NCBI GenBank assembly: GCA_005883955.1
Contig: VAXH01000071.1
Coordinates: forward strand, 11,401 to 75,400
From: Actinomycetota bacterium
GTDB taxonomy: Bacteria; Actinomycetota; Thermoleophilia; Gaiellales; Gaiellaceae
Direction of reading: 5' to 3'
DNA length: 64,000 nt
The number at the start of each line of letters is the position of its first letter. Positions within the stretch are counted from its first letter, which is position 1. A program made the position numbers and the translations under genes. Of this stretch, positions 8,114 to 16,895 are shown in pieces. The notes under the pieces were generated by a model. The model saw nothing but the letters and a program-made list of their open reading frames with translations. It was not told where the DNA came from and searched no databases.

Positions 8114-9313
8114 CTGACCGAGCTGACCGCCATCGCCGAGGAGGTCGGCACGCCGTTCTACGCGTACGACCTCGACCGCTTCCGTGAGCGTATTCGCAGC
8201 TTCGAAGAGGCGCTCGCGAGCGTCCCTCATCTGACGTGTTACGCCGTCAAGGCCAACGACGCACTTGCGATCCTGCGGGTAGCCGCCCAAAAGGGTCTCG
8301 GCGCCGACGTCGTCTCCGGCGGCGAGCTTGCCAAATGCCTACAGGTGGGAATCCCCCCGGACCGGATCGTCTTCTCGGGCGTCGGCAAGCGCGAGAACGA
8401 GATCCGCGCCGCCGTCGAGGCCGGAATCCGCTCGCTCAACGTCGAATCGCTCGAGGAGCTAGACGAGATCGCCGACGTCGGCCGCGCGCTCGAACGAGTC
8501 GTCCCGGTCACCATCCGGCTCAATCCCGACATCGCGAGCGGCGGGCACGAATATCTCTCGACCGGCGGCGCGGGAAGCAAATTCGGACTTGGGCGAGGGG
8601 AAGCGGCGGAGGCTGTCCGCTGGGCCGAGGCAGCAGGGGCGCTCTCGCCCGTCGGGATCTCGTTCCACGTCGGCTCGCAGTTGCTCGACACGAAGCCGTT
8701 GCTCGAGGCGGCTGACCGCGCCGCGGAGCTCTGGCGGCAGCTCGCCGCGGCCGGAATCCCGCTGCGGGACTTCGACGTCGGCGGCGGCCTCGGCCTCGCC
8801 TACAACGATGGCCCCGAGCCGGACGTGGGCGACTACATCGCCAGGCTGGGCGGGCTCGCGCGTGGCCTCGAGGCGACCCTGCTCCTCGAGCCCGGCCGCC
8901 ACCTCGTCGGTCCGGTGGGCACGTTCGTCACCCGCGTCGTGCACGTGAAGCAGGCCGGAGCCAAGACGATCGTCGTCTGCGACGGCGGCAGCAACGACCT
9001 GCTCAGGCCGGCTCTCTACGGCGCCGAGCACCCGATCACCGTCCTGGCCGATGGCGAACGCGAGCGCGCAACAGTCGATCTGGCCGGTCCGCTCTGTGAA
9101 AGCGGCGACTTCCTGGCGCTGAATCGATCCGTGCCGCTTCCGCGCCGTGGAGACCTGATCGCGGTCGAGCTCGCGGGCGCCTACGGGCGCGTCATGTCCT
9201 CGACCTACAACGCCCGTCCGCTCTGCGCCGAGGTCGTGGTCGAACAAGGAAGCTGGCGCGTGAGCCGCGAACGGGGCACCTATGACGACCTCGTCCGCAA
9301 CGAACACACCTGA
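8114..9313 (+). CDS. lysA: Diaminopimelate decarboxylase (start codon unresolved)
   Basis: EEVGTPFYAYD, CYAVKANDA, FDVGGGLG, PLCESGDF. The homologous reading frame starts right after the ask stop. There is no ATG, GTG or TTG before codon 79 (GTG 8345). CTG at 8114 is listed as a placeholder start. Confidence 0.85.
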   Translation: MTELTAIAEEVGTPFYAYDLDRFRERIRSFEEALASVPHLTCYAVKANDALAILRVAAQKGLGADVVSGGELAKCLQVGIPPDRIVFSGVGKRENEIRAAVEAGIRSLNVESLEELDEIADVGRALERVVPVTIRLNPDIASGGHEYLSTGGAGSKFGLGRGEAAEAVRWAEAAGALSPVGISFHVGSQLLDTKPLLEAADRAAELWRQLAAAGIPLRDFDVGGGLGLAYNDGPEPDVGDYIARLGGLARGLEATLLLEPGRHLVGPVGTFVTRVVHVKQAGAKTIVVCDGGSNDLLRPALYGAEHPITVLADGERERATVDLAGPLCESGDFLALNRSVPLPRRGDLIAVELAGAYGRVMSSTYNARPLCAEVVVEQGSWRVSRERGTYDDLVRNEHT

Positions 9314-9332
9314 GGGCAGGCACAATCGTCGC

Positions 9333-10274
9333 GTGGGAAACGACGTCGCGATCGGTGTCGTCGGCGCGACCGGCGCGGTTGGCCCAGTCACGCTCGACCT
9401 GCTCCGCGAGCGCGGTTACCAGAACGTGCGCGCGTTTGCGAGCGCCCGCTCCGCGGGGAGGCAGATCGACGGCCTGACCGTCGAGGAGGCCACACCTGAG
9501 GCGCTGAGCGCGGGCGATCTCGATCTCTGCCTGTTCTCGATCGGTACGGCCGCGAGCCGCGAGCTCGTTCCCCACGCGGTCCGCGGCGGAGCTGTCGCGA
9601 TCGACAAGTCCTCGGCCTACCGCCTGCAGGACGGGATCCCGCTCGTCGTGCCCGAAGTGAACGGCGAGCGAGCGCTCGAACATGACGGCATCGTCGCCAA
9701 CCCGAACTGCTCCTCGATTCCGCTCACTTGCGTCCTGAAGCCCCTGCACGATGCCGTCGGCCTCGCCCGCATCAGGCTCTCGACCTACCAGGCCGCATCC
9801 GGAGCCGGCAGTGAACGGATGGAGCGGCTCCGCGCCCAGGATCCGGCCGAGGGCGACCTCGGGATGGACTGGGAGTTCGACGGCGAGGAGTTCGACGAGG
9901 AGGCCAAGCTCAGGGCGGAGACGCGGAAGATTCTGGAGCTGTCCGAGCTTCCAGTCAGCGCGACCTGCGTCCGGGTTCCGGTCATGGTCGGGCATGCCGA
10001 ATCGGTCTGGATCGAGACCGTCGAGGCGATCTCGCCCGAGCAGGTCCGCAAGCTGTTGGCGGCGGCACCGAGCGTCCGCCTCGAGGATTTCCCAAGCCCA
10101 CGCGGGGCTGCCGGTGAGGACGAGGTCCTCGTCGGCCGCATCCGCGCAGACCGGGCGACGGAGGGGAACGGAATCGCGCTCTTCCTCGCCTGCGACAACC
10201 TCCGCAAGGGCGCCGCGCTGAACGCGATCCAGATCGCGGAGCTCTTGCTGGCGCGCCGGCTCGTGCCGGCGTAG
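9333..10274 (+). CDS. asd: Aspartate-semialdehyde dehydrogenase
   Basis: GVVGATGAVG, active-site region IVANPNCSSIPL, STYQAASGAG. GTG 9333 is chosen, 20 nt after the lysA stop. Confidence 0.92.
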   Translation: MGNDVAIGVVGATGAVGPVTLDLLRERGYQNVRAFASARSAGRQIDGLTVEEATPEALSAGDLDLCLFSIGTAASRELVPHAVRGGAVAIDKSSAYRLQDGIPLVVPEVNGERALEHDGIVANPNCSSIPLTCVLKPLHDAVGLARIRLSTYQAASGAGSERMERLRAQDPAEGDLGMDWEFDGEEFDEEAKLRAETRKILELSELPVSATCVRVPVMVGHAESVWIETVEAISPEQVRKLLAAAPSVRLEDFPSPRGAAGEDEVLVGRIRADRATEGNGIALFLACDNLRKGAALNAIQIAELLLARRLVPA

Positions 10275-10280
10275 GGAAGA

Positions 10281-10297
10281 ACAGCGGATTCCGCTGT
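10281..10297 (+). terminator. Possible intrinsic terminator after asd
   Basis: Hairpin ACAGCGG-ATT-CCGCTGT followed by an A/T-rich tract AAATTCAAGAAAA, in an otherwise about 70% GC context. Confidence 0.35.
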
Positions 10298-10325
10298 AAA
10301 TTCAAGAAAACAGGCCGTTTGGACG

Positions 10326-10811
10326 ATGACTGAGCCAATGCGGCTTGGCGATCCGATCCCAGTTCACCTGCGCCAAAAGCCTCGTCTCCAGCTCGGCGAG
10401 CTGTTGATCGAGAAGGGCCTGATCACCCCGACCCAGCTCGGCGAGGCGCTGACCGAACGACGCGAGCATGGCGGCCTACTCGGCGAGGCCCTCGTGCGCC
10501 TCGGCTTCGTCTTCGAGGACGAACTCGCCCGCACGCTGGCCGAACAGGCCGGCGTGCCGTTCGTCAACCTCGACGCCAACTCGGTCGACCGTTACGCCGC
10601 GGGCACGCTGCCACGCAGCCTTGGTGAATCCCTCCCTGCGCTGCCGGTCCGCTTCGCGCGCGAAGGCGGCCTCGTGGTCGCGGTCGCCGATCCGACGGAC
10701 GAGACGCTCCTGCCCCAGCTTCAGACGGCGATCAGTTGCCCGATCGTGCTGATGGTCGCGGCAGCCTCGAGCATCCGAAACATCTGGCGCAGCTTCCCGG
10801 CCGTCGCCTAG
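10326..10811 (+). CDS. Stand-alone T2SS-E N-terminal (MshEN-like) domain protein, candidate c-di-GMP receptor
   Basis: There are two 24-residue MshEN-type motifs separated by exactly 5 residues: QLGELLIEKGLITPTQLGEALTER - REHGG - LLGEALVRLGFVFEDELARTLAEQ. No ATPase domain follows. Confidence 0.7.
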   Translation: MTEPMRLGDPIPVHLRQKPRLQLGELLIEKGLITPTQLGEALTERREHGGLLGEALVRLGFVFEDELARTLAEQAGVPFVNLDANSVDRYAAGTLPRSLGESLPALPVRFAREGGLVVAVADPTDETLLPQLQTAISCPIVLMVAAASSIRNIWRSFPAVA

Positions 10812-10820
10812 TCGCGCTTC

Positions 10821-11438
10821 TCAGGGCCTCTGAGGCACCGGCGCGGGCGAGAACGCCTCGCGGACGAGCCGGAGCACCTTCGCCCTCCGTCCCTCGGCGA
10901 CCGGGATCAGGCCGCCGAACTCGAGCCGCACGAGCTCGACCGGGCCTGATGTCCGCACGGTCCGAAAGCCGAAGTCGGAGAGGAAGTCGCTCGGGAAGAT
11001 CGTCTTGTGCACTTGGAAGCGCTCGTACTGCGATTCGCCCTCGGGGTAGCGGTACGCGAACGTCTCGAGCGCCTTCGCACCCTTGTCCCTGGCTTCTCCG
11101 ATCGCGGCGAGAAAGAGTGACTGAAGCACCCAGGGGCTCGTGCGGTCGAGAAGGTACGCGCAGGTAACGAGTACCGCGTCCTCCGAAGGCGGCCCCGCCG
11201 GAAGCTCGAACGCCCGCGGGAAGTACTGCGCGGGCCCGTACTGCATCGAGCCGATCACTCGCCCGTCGTCGTCGTAATAGAGCGAGCCCCACGGCCCGAA
11301 ATCGCCCTCGGTGCGATCGATCCAGCGATCCTTGTTCGCCCGCCGGCCGGTCTTCGACTGCCACCAGACGCACTCATGGCAGACACTCGGCGTCTCCTGG
11401 AGAGTCAATCTCGTCAGCCCGCGGATCCGCGTCGTCAT
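10821..11438 (-). CDS. Conserved hypothetical protein, GNAT-like fold suspected
   Basis: I trimmed the 580-aa composite ORF to the ATG at 11438 (MTTRIRGLTRLTLQETPSVCHECVWWQSK...). Its ATGA overlaps the upstream Asp23 gene. The fold assignment is tentative. Confidence 0.5.
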   Translation of the reverse strand: MTTRIRGLTRLTLQETPSVCHECVWWQSKTGRRANKDRWIDRTEGDFGPWGSLYYDDDGRVIGSMQYGPAQYFPRAFELPAGPPSEDAVLVTCAYLLDRTSPWVLQSLFLAAIGEARDKGAKALETFAYRYPEGESQYERFQVHKTIFPSDFLSDFGFRTVRTSGPVELVRLEFGGLIPVAEGRRAKVLRLVREAFSPAPVPQRP

Positions 11439-11737
11439 TGGAACGGCCCGACGGAGTCGATCACGACGTTGACGGCCGCCGGGCGCGACCCCGTCATCCG
11501 CTCGAGATAATCGAGCACGCGCAGCTGGACGTCGCGTCCCAGCTCCGGGAGCCGCGTGCCCCAGTCGACATCGAGGTGCAGCTCGATGCTGACGGCTCCG
11601 TCCTCGCCGCTGACGCGAACGCCGCGGTGCCTGTACAGCTGGCTCGCGACGAGGCCGCGCACCCCGTCGATCTCGCGAGCGGCGTCGGCGGCGTAGCGCG
11701 CGAGAACCTCGGTCGAGATGCTCGCCTGGCCTTCCAC
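11435..11737 (-). CDS. Asp23/Gls24 family envelope stress protein
   Basis: 100 aa: ISTEVLARYAADAAREIDGVRGLV...VSIELHLDVDWGTRLPELGRDVQLRV, a typical Asp23 pattern. Confidence 0.8.
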   Translation of the reverse strand: MEGQASISTEVLARYAADAAREIDGVRGLVASQLYRHRGVRVSGEDGAVSIELHLDVDWGTRLPELGRDVQLRVLDYLERMTGSRPAAVNVVIDSVGPFQ

Positions 11738-12553
11738 TCAGAGCGATTGTACGAGGACGAGCTCGGTCGCCTCCGGCCGCGCCAGGAACCGGAACGGCAC
11801 GAAGGTCGTGCCGAGGCCCGCCGAGACGTGCAGTGTCGCGCCGTTCCGCCGGTAGAGCCCGTGGATGTAGCGCCACCTTGGATGCGCGAGCGGGATGCGC
11901 CCGCCTGGAAGCGGCAGCGTGATCTGGCCCGCGTGAAGATGCCCGGCGAGGACGAGATCGAAGGCGCCTTGCGGCAGCCGGTCGATCACGTTCGGAAAGT
12001 GGCAGAGCAGGATTCGCAGGTCCGCCTGCGGGTCGGCCAGGCGCACGGGCTGCGCGAGCCCCCGGCGGTAGGTGCGCGGGTCGACGCCGACGATCTGCAC
12101 ATGACGTCCCCGCACCTCGACCGTCCTTGCCTCGTCGAGCAGCAGCGTCGCCGGCTCGAGATCGCCGACCGGAGACCGCGTGGCGAACGGATCGTTGGTC
12201 TCGGCAAAATCGTGGTTGCCGAGTACCGCGTAGCAATTCGGCAGCCGCGTCAGCAGCTCCCGCAGCAGCGGCTCGCCGCGGCGGCGTGAGAGCAGGTCTC
12301 CCGAGACGAGCACGAGGTCGGGCTTGCGCGCGGACACCCAATCCACAGCGCTGACCACGGCCTGCTCGCCGCGCGAAGGAAAGCCGAGATGAAAGTCCGA
12401 GAGGTGCGCGATCCGGACGCCGCCGAGCTCGGTGGGCAGCCGCTCGAGCGGGCACTCGAGCTCGTCGAGCCGTGCCCAGCCGGCCTCGAAGTGGCCCCAG
12501 GCGAGCGCGCCCGCAGCCGTAGCGCCGGCGCCGATCGCGATCGCAGTCCGCAT
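11738..12553 (-). CDS. Metallophosphoesterase (calcineurin-like)
   Basis: Motifs LSDFHLG, SGDLLS, GNHDF, AGHLHAGQ. The ATG at 12553 removes the spurious N-terminal extension. The stop abuts the Asp23 start. Confidence 0.85.
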   Translation of the reverse strand: MRTAIAIGAGATAAGALAWGHFEAGWARLDELECPLERLPTELGGVRIAHLSDFHLGFPSRGEQAVVSAVDWVSARKPDLVLVSGDLLSRRRGEPLLRELLTRLPNCYAVLGNHDFAETNDPFATRSPVGDLEPATLLLDEARTVEVRGRHVQIVGVDPRTYRRGLAQPVRLADPQADLRILLCHFPNVIDRLPQGAFDLVLAGHLHAGQITLPLPGGRIPLAHPRWRYIHGLYRRNGATLHVSAGLGTTFVPFRFLARPEATELVLVQSL

Positions 12554-12578
12554 CCCGCGACACTGTAGATTCGAGCTC

Positions 12579-13997
12579 GTGTCCGACCCGCTCGAACAGC
12601 CCGGCGACAGCATCGCGGCGCTCGAGCGGATCGCGCGCGAGGCCGACGCGTATCTGGCTTCCCTCTCGACCGCGCCCGTCCGGCTTGCACGCTCCGACGA
12701 AGCGGCCGAGGCCTTCGGCGGACCGCTGCCGGAAGAAGGGCGCGGCACGCTAGCGACGCTCGACCAGCTGATCGAGGGCGGGCTCGACGCGCACGTCCGC
12801 TCCTCGGGGCCCCGCTTCTTCCACTGGGTGATGGGAGGAACGACGCCGGCGGCACTCGGCGCCGACTGGCTGACGTCGCTGCTCGACCAGAACGCCGGCG
12901 GCTGGGATGCGAGCCCGCTCGCCTCCAGGCTCGAGCTGATCTCGCTGCGCTGGTTGCGCGACCTGTTCGGGCTGCCGGCCGACTGGGACGGGGTGTTAGT
13001 CACGGGCGGCCAAATGGCGAACTTCACCGGTCTCGCTGCCGCGCGGCAGTGGTGGGGCGAGCGCCACGGCGTCGACGTGTCGGTCGACGGGCTCGCCGGT
13101 TTGCCACAGGCGCCTGTCTTCACCAGCGGCTTTGTCCATGTGACCGGCCTGAAGGCCCTTGGGATGCTCGGCCTCGGACGCGGCCGCCTGACGACGTGCG
13201 CCGACTCCGTGGGCGCCATGAACCTGGTGGCCCTCGAGCGGGAGCTTCGCGCGCTCGACGGCGCGCCGGCGATCGTGATCGGCAACGCCGGCGAGGTGAA
13301 CACCGGCCTGTTCGACCCGCTCGAGGGAGTTGCCGACCTCTGCGACGAGTACGGGGCGTGGCTGCATGTCGACGGTGCGTTCGGGCTGTTCGCACGCGTC
13401 TCGCCGCGGACGGCCGACCTCGCCGCCGGAGTCGAGCGGGCGAACTCAGTGATCTCGGACGGCCACAAGTGGCTGAACGTCCCCTTCGACTGCGGCTTCG
13501 CGTTCGTGCGGGATCCGGAACTGCTGGCGCGCACTTTCGCAGCCGGAGCGGCCTACCTCCCCGAAGCTGCCGAAGACCGTCCGATCTTCGCCTACCGCGC
13601 GCCGGAGCTCTCACGCCGGGCACGCTCGCTCGCGGTCTGGGCGACGCTCGCGGCCTACGGCCGCAGCGGCTACCGGGCAATCGTCGAGCGCAGCCTCGAC
13701 AACGCCGCGCGGCTCGCCGAACAGGTCGAAGAAGCAGACGATTTCGAGCTGCTGGCGCCGGTGCCGCTGAACGTCGTCTGCTTCCGTTACCGGCCGCCCG
13801 GAAGCGCCGAAACCGAGCTCGACGCCCTCAACGAACGCATCGCCGAAGCGGTGCTCACGGACGGCCGCATCTACGTCGGCACGACCAGCTGGGCCGGCAA
13901 GGTCGCCTTCCGCCCCGCCTTCGTCAACTGGCGTACGACGAGCGCCGACGTCGACCTGATCCTGGAGACGCTTCGCGACCTGGGCTCGCACGCCTAG
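12579..13997 (+). CDS. Pyridoxal-dependent (group II) amino-acid decarboxylase family protein
   Basis: FFHWVMGG...VTGGQMANFTGLAAAR...HVDGAFG...SDGHKWLNVPFDCG (PLP-Lys context). GTG 12579 lies 25 nt from the divergent gene start. Confidence 0.8.
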   Translation: MSDPLEQPGDSIAALERIAREADAYLASLSTAPVRLARSDEAAEAFGGPLPEEGRGTLATLDQLIEGGLDAHVRSSGPRFFHWVMGGTTPAALGADWLTSLLDQNAGGWDASPLASRLELISLRWLRDLFGLPADWDGVLVTGGQMANFTGLAAARQWWGERHGVDVSVDGLAGLPQAPVFTSGFVHVTGLKALGMLGLGRGRLTTCADSVGAMNLVALERELRALDGAPAIVIGNAGEVNTGLFDPLEGVADLCDEYGAWLHVDGAFGLFARVSPRTADLAAGVERANSVISDGHKWLNVPFDCGFAFVRDPELLARTFAAGAAYLPEAAEDRPIFAYRAPELSRRARSLAVWATLAAYGRSGYRAIVERSLDNAARLAEQVEEADDFELLAPVPLNVVCFRYRPPGSAETELDALNERIAEAVLTDGRIYVGTTSWAGKVAFRPAFVNWRTTSADVDLILETLRDLGSHA

Positions 13998-14176
13998 CCA
14001 GGGAATGCGAACAGCCAGACGAGCAACATCGCGGCCGCGATCGCCAACGCGACGAAAGCAACCCTCGCTACGCGGCGCCGTTGCCGTCTGAACGGGTCGG
14101 CGCGATGCAGCTGCGCCGCCTCACGCTCGAGGTCGGCTTCGTGCTCGCGGCCCAGCATGCGGTATGTGTCGAACAT
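13994..14176 (-). CDS. Small tail-anchored membrane protein (hypothetical)
   Basis: ATG 14176 is preceded by GGAAGGA. The 60-aa product MFDTYRMLGREHEADLEREAAQLH...VAFVALAIAAAMLLVWLFAFPG has a single C-terminal TM helix. Confidence 0.4.
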   Translation of the reverse strand: MFDTYRMLGREHEADLEREAAQLHRADPFRRQRRRVARVAFVALAIAAAMLLVWLFAFPG

Positions 14177-14329
14177 TTTCGGTCCTTCCGGTCGGGGCTC
14201 CGAAAGCACGATGCGCCCCCCGCCCTGGCGGCCGGTTAAGAGCGCCCGAGCGGACCTAACGGCCGGTAAAGAGCACCGGTGGACTCGTTTTTCCGGGGGC
14301 CGGTGTTACCGTCAAACAGGGCTCCACGT

Positions 14330-14932
14330 ATGGAAATTCGAATCCTCGGCCCGCTCGAGGCCAGCGAGAATGGCCAGCCGCTCGTCGTCGACCCGCCCGG
14401 GGTCGTGACGCGAATCGACGCTGCGACCTCGTCGGTTGTCGGCAAGTGGCATTTCCCTTCAGCGTCCGGCGTGGCAGTAGGAGACGGCGTCGCATGGGTC
14501 CTCACAGGCGACGGTGTCGCGCGGATCCCTGCGACTCGCGTTTCTCAGCCGCTGATGATCTCGCTCGGTTCGACGGCGGGCGGGCCGTCGGCGGCCGCAC
14601 AAGCGATCGCGTTTGGCGCTGGTGCCGTCTGGACAACGAATGCCTTGTCAGACCCCTCGTGCATGCACGCCCCATGCCCGCAAAGGCCTGGCAACGTCTT
14701 CCGGATCGATCCCCACACCAACATCGTCGCAGCGACGATTGGCGCTGGTTTTAACCGCCCGGTTGGTGCCGCCTTCGGCGACGGGTCGCTCTGGGTGGTA
14801 GCCGATTCCTCGCTCTTTCGGGTCGACCCGGCGCAGAACCGTGTCGTGGCGAGGATCAGCCTTGGGCAACAACCGGTTGGAGTCGCGGCCGGCTCCGGGC
14901 GCATCTGGGTCGCCGTCGGGGCCGCGAACTAA
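14330..14932 (+). CDS. Beta-propeller repeat protein; looks like a collapsed SARP/BTAD-propeller regulator
   Basis: The first 19 aa, MEIRILGPLEASENGQPLV, are the canonical start of AfsR/SARP winged-helix regulators. They run directly into C-terminal repeats of the type VFRIDPHTNIVAATIGAG..P.G.A.G.GSLWV. Confidence 0.5.
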   Translation: MEIRILGPLEASENGQPLVVDPPGVVTRIDAATSSVVGKWHFPSASGVAVGDGVAWVLTGDGVARIPATRVSQPLMISLGSTAGGPSAAAQAIAFGAGAVWTTNALSDPSCMHAPCPQRPGNVFRIDPHTNIVAATIGAGFNRPVGAAFGDGSLWVVADSSLFRVDPAQNRVVARISLGQQPVGVAAGSGRIWVAVGAAN

Positions 14933-14940
14933 CGCCTGGC

Positions 14941-15825
14941 TCAGACCTCGAGCTTCTCGATCACCGGGTCGACCGGCACGACGTGGCGCTTGAACTTGAG
15001 CTCCGATTCCTCGAGCCCGGCCGCGACGCCGACCAGCTGCGACAGGTGGAGGATCGGCATCTTGAAGTCGCGTCCAGTGGTCGCCTTCAGCTTCGACTGC
15101 CAGGCGTCGAGTGAGAGGTGACAGAGCGGGCAGGGGGTCACCATCGCGTCGGCGCCGGCCTCCGACGCCTGCTCGATCGGCTGGATCAGCTCGCCCATCG
15201 CGACGTCCTCGCGCGCCTGGATGATCGGGAAGCCGCAGCACTTGATCTTCGCCGGGTAGTCGATCGCCTCGCCGCCGCAAGCCTCGATGATCGCCTCGAG
15301 CGACCAGGGCTTGTCGGGGTCCTCGAAGCCGAGCAGCTTCGAGGGCCGCAGGATCTGGCAGCCGTAGAACGGCGCGATCTTCAGGCCCTTCAGCCCTTTG
15401 TGGGCGACCTGGCGGAGACGCTCGGCGCCGTCGTCCTCGACGATCAGCCAGAGCAGGTGCTTGACGTCGATGTCCTCCTCGTAGGGCGGCACGCCGACAG
15501 TGGCCAGATTCTTGTTCACGCGCCCGCGCAGATCCGGGTCGTTGAGCAGCTGGAAGTTCGCCTGGCGGAGGTTGAGCGTGCAGACGTTGCAGATCGTCAT
15601 CAGCGTCTCGGCGCCGGTGGCCGCTCCGTAGGCCAGGATTCGCGCGTTCAGGTGCAGGTAGTAGTCCGGCTCGGCCTCGTGAATGTCGCCGGCGCCGCAG
15701 CAGGTAACCGACTCCAACTCGTCGAGCTCCAGCCCGAGCATCGGCGCCAGGGCCTGGGTCGAGGTGTCGAGCTCCTTCGCGGAGAGCGAGGCGAGACAGC
15801 CTTTGTAGTACGCGACTTTGGTCAT
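14941..15825 (-). CDS. HdrB-like CCG-domain subunit of non-classical (type E) succinate dehydrogenase / fumarate reductase
   Basis: Two cysteine-rich CCG motifs are present (SVTCCGAGD and KIKCCGFP; ...TPCPLCH). The gene overlaps the sdhB stop by 4 nt. Confidence 0.8.
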   Translation of the reverse strand: MTKVAYYKGCLASLSAKELDTSTQALAPMLGLELDELESVTCCGAGDIHEAEPDYYLHLNARILAYGAATGAETLMTICNVCTLNLRQANFQLLNDPDLRGRVNKNLATVGVPPYEEDIDVKHLLWLIVEDDGAERLRQVAHKGLKGLKIAPFYGCQILRPSKLLGFEDPDKPWSLEAIIEACGGEAIDYPAKIKCCGFPIIQAREDVAMGELIQPIEQASEAGADAMVTPCPLCHLSLDAWQSKLKATTGRDFKMPILHLSQLVGVAAGLEESELKFKRHVVPVDPVIEKLEV

Positions 15826-16895
15826 CCCTCCGCCTTCGGCGGCTCTTCGCCCGGCGTCACCTCGGGAGCGTCGCGCCGGGCCCCGCCCGCATCCGTGTGC
15901 TCGATCCGCGCCAGCCCGCGCTCGCCCTGGATGATCCCTTGCGCGCCCTCGCGACCCTGCTCGCGGACGAGCTGGCGAAGCGCCCGCGACTCGCCCACGT
16001 CGGCGGCGACGTGCGGCGGGATCGGCGGCGGCACCTTGCCCTTCTTAGCGAGGCCGATCGCGAACTTCGTCTGCTTGACCGCGGCAACGATGCCCTGCGT
16101 CTTCGGCACGAGCTCGGTCTCGCGCAGCCAGCCCGTGGTCTCCGCCGACTTGACGAACCATTTCGCATGCTTCGCGCCCATGTCGCGGTCGATCCCCTCC
16201 TTGACCGACTCTGCCCCGAGCTTGGCGATTGCGTCGCGCGGGTCGACGCCCTTCGGGCAGCGCTCGTTGCAGAAGTAGCAGCGGGTGCAGTCCCAGATCC
16301 CGTGCTCGTCGTTGTAGTCCTCGAGCCGCTCGATCGAGGCTTGGTCGCGGGTGTCGCCGACGAAGCGGAAACCCTTCGCGAGCGCCGCCGGCCCGAAGAA
16401 CTCGGGATCCGACTCCATCGAATTGCACTCTGAGACGCAGCAGCCGCACATGATGCAGAGCGCCTCCTTCTGGATCGCGTTCATCTGCTGCTGGGAGACG
16501 ATCCGCTCTCGCTCGAGCACCTCGTCGTAGCCGGGCTCGAGCCACGGCTTCATCCGCCTGATCTTGCTCCAGAACGGATCCATGTCGACGACAAGGTCCT
16601 TGACGATCGGCATGTTCCCCATCGCCGAGATCACCGGCACGTGACCGCGGTCGACGATCGGCTTCATCCGCTCCTTGCAGGCGAGGATTGCGCGGCCGTC
16701 CATCCGCATCCCGCAGGACCCGCAGATCATCATCCGGCAGCTCTTGCGGTAGGCGAGCGTGCCGTCCTGCTGATCTTTGATCAGGTCGAGCACGTCGAGC
16801 AGGCAGGCCCATTCGGGCGCCTCGAGCTCGTAGTCGCGGAGCTCGCGGTCGCCGCTATAGGCGTCGTAGCGCCAGATCTTGAGTTTGACCTCCAT
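15822..16895 (-). CDS. sdhB: Succinate dehydrogenase iron-sulfur subunit with about 120-aa C-terminal extension
   Basis: Cluster motifs are CRMMICGSCG, CIMCGCCVSEC and CTRCYFCNERCP. The ATG at 16895 gives an ATGA overlap with sdhA. About 120 residues follow the last cluster (GAKHAKWFVKSAETTGWLRETELVPK...EEPPKAEG). Confidence 0.88.
   Translation of the reverse strand: MEVKLKIWRYDAYSGDRELRDYELEAPEWACLLDVLDLIKDQQDGTLAYRKSCRMMICGSCGMRMDGRAILACKERMKPIVDRGHVPVISAMGNMPIVKDLVVDMDPFWSKIRRMKPWLEPGYDEVLERERIVSQQQMNAIQKEALCIMCGCCVSECNSMESDPEFFGPAALAKGFRFVGDTRDQASIERLEDYNDEHGIWDCTRCYFCNERCPKGVDPRDAIAKLGAESVKEGIDRDMGAKHAKWFVKSAETTGWLRETELVPKTQGIVAAVKQTKFAIGLAKKGKVPPPIPPHVAADVGESRALRQLVREQGREGAQGIIQGERGLARIEHTDAGGARRDAPEVTPGEEPPKAEG

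Noticed and set aside
10821-12563. 580-aa minus-strand ORF and the 598-aa ORF at 11738-13534, each considered as a single gene.
   Set aside because: Only the C-terminal parts have protein-like sequence and internal ATGs with coupled overlaps. The N-terminal extensions are Arg/Ala-rich and run antisense through neighbouring genes. Each was split or trimmed instead.
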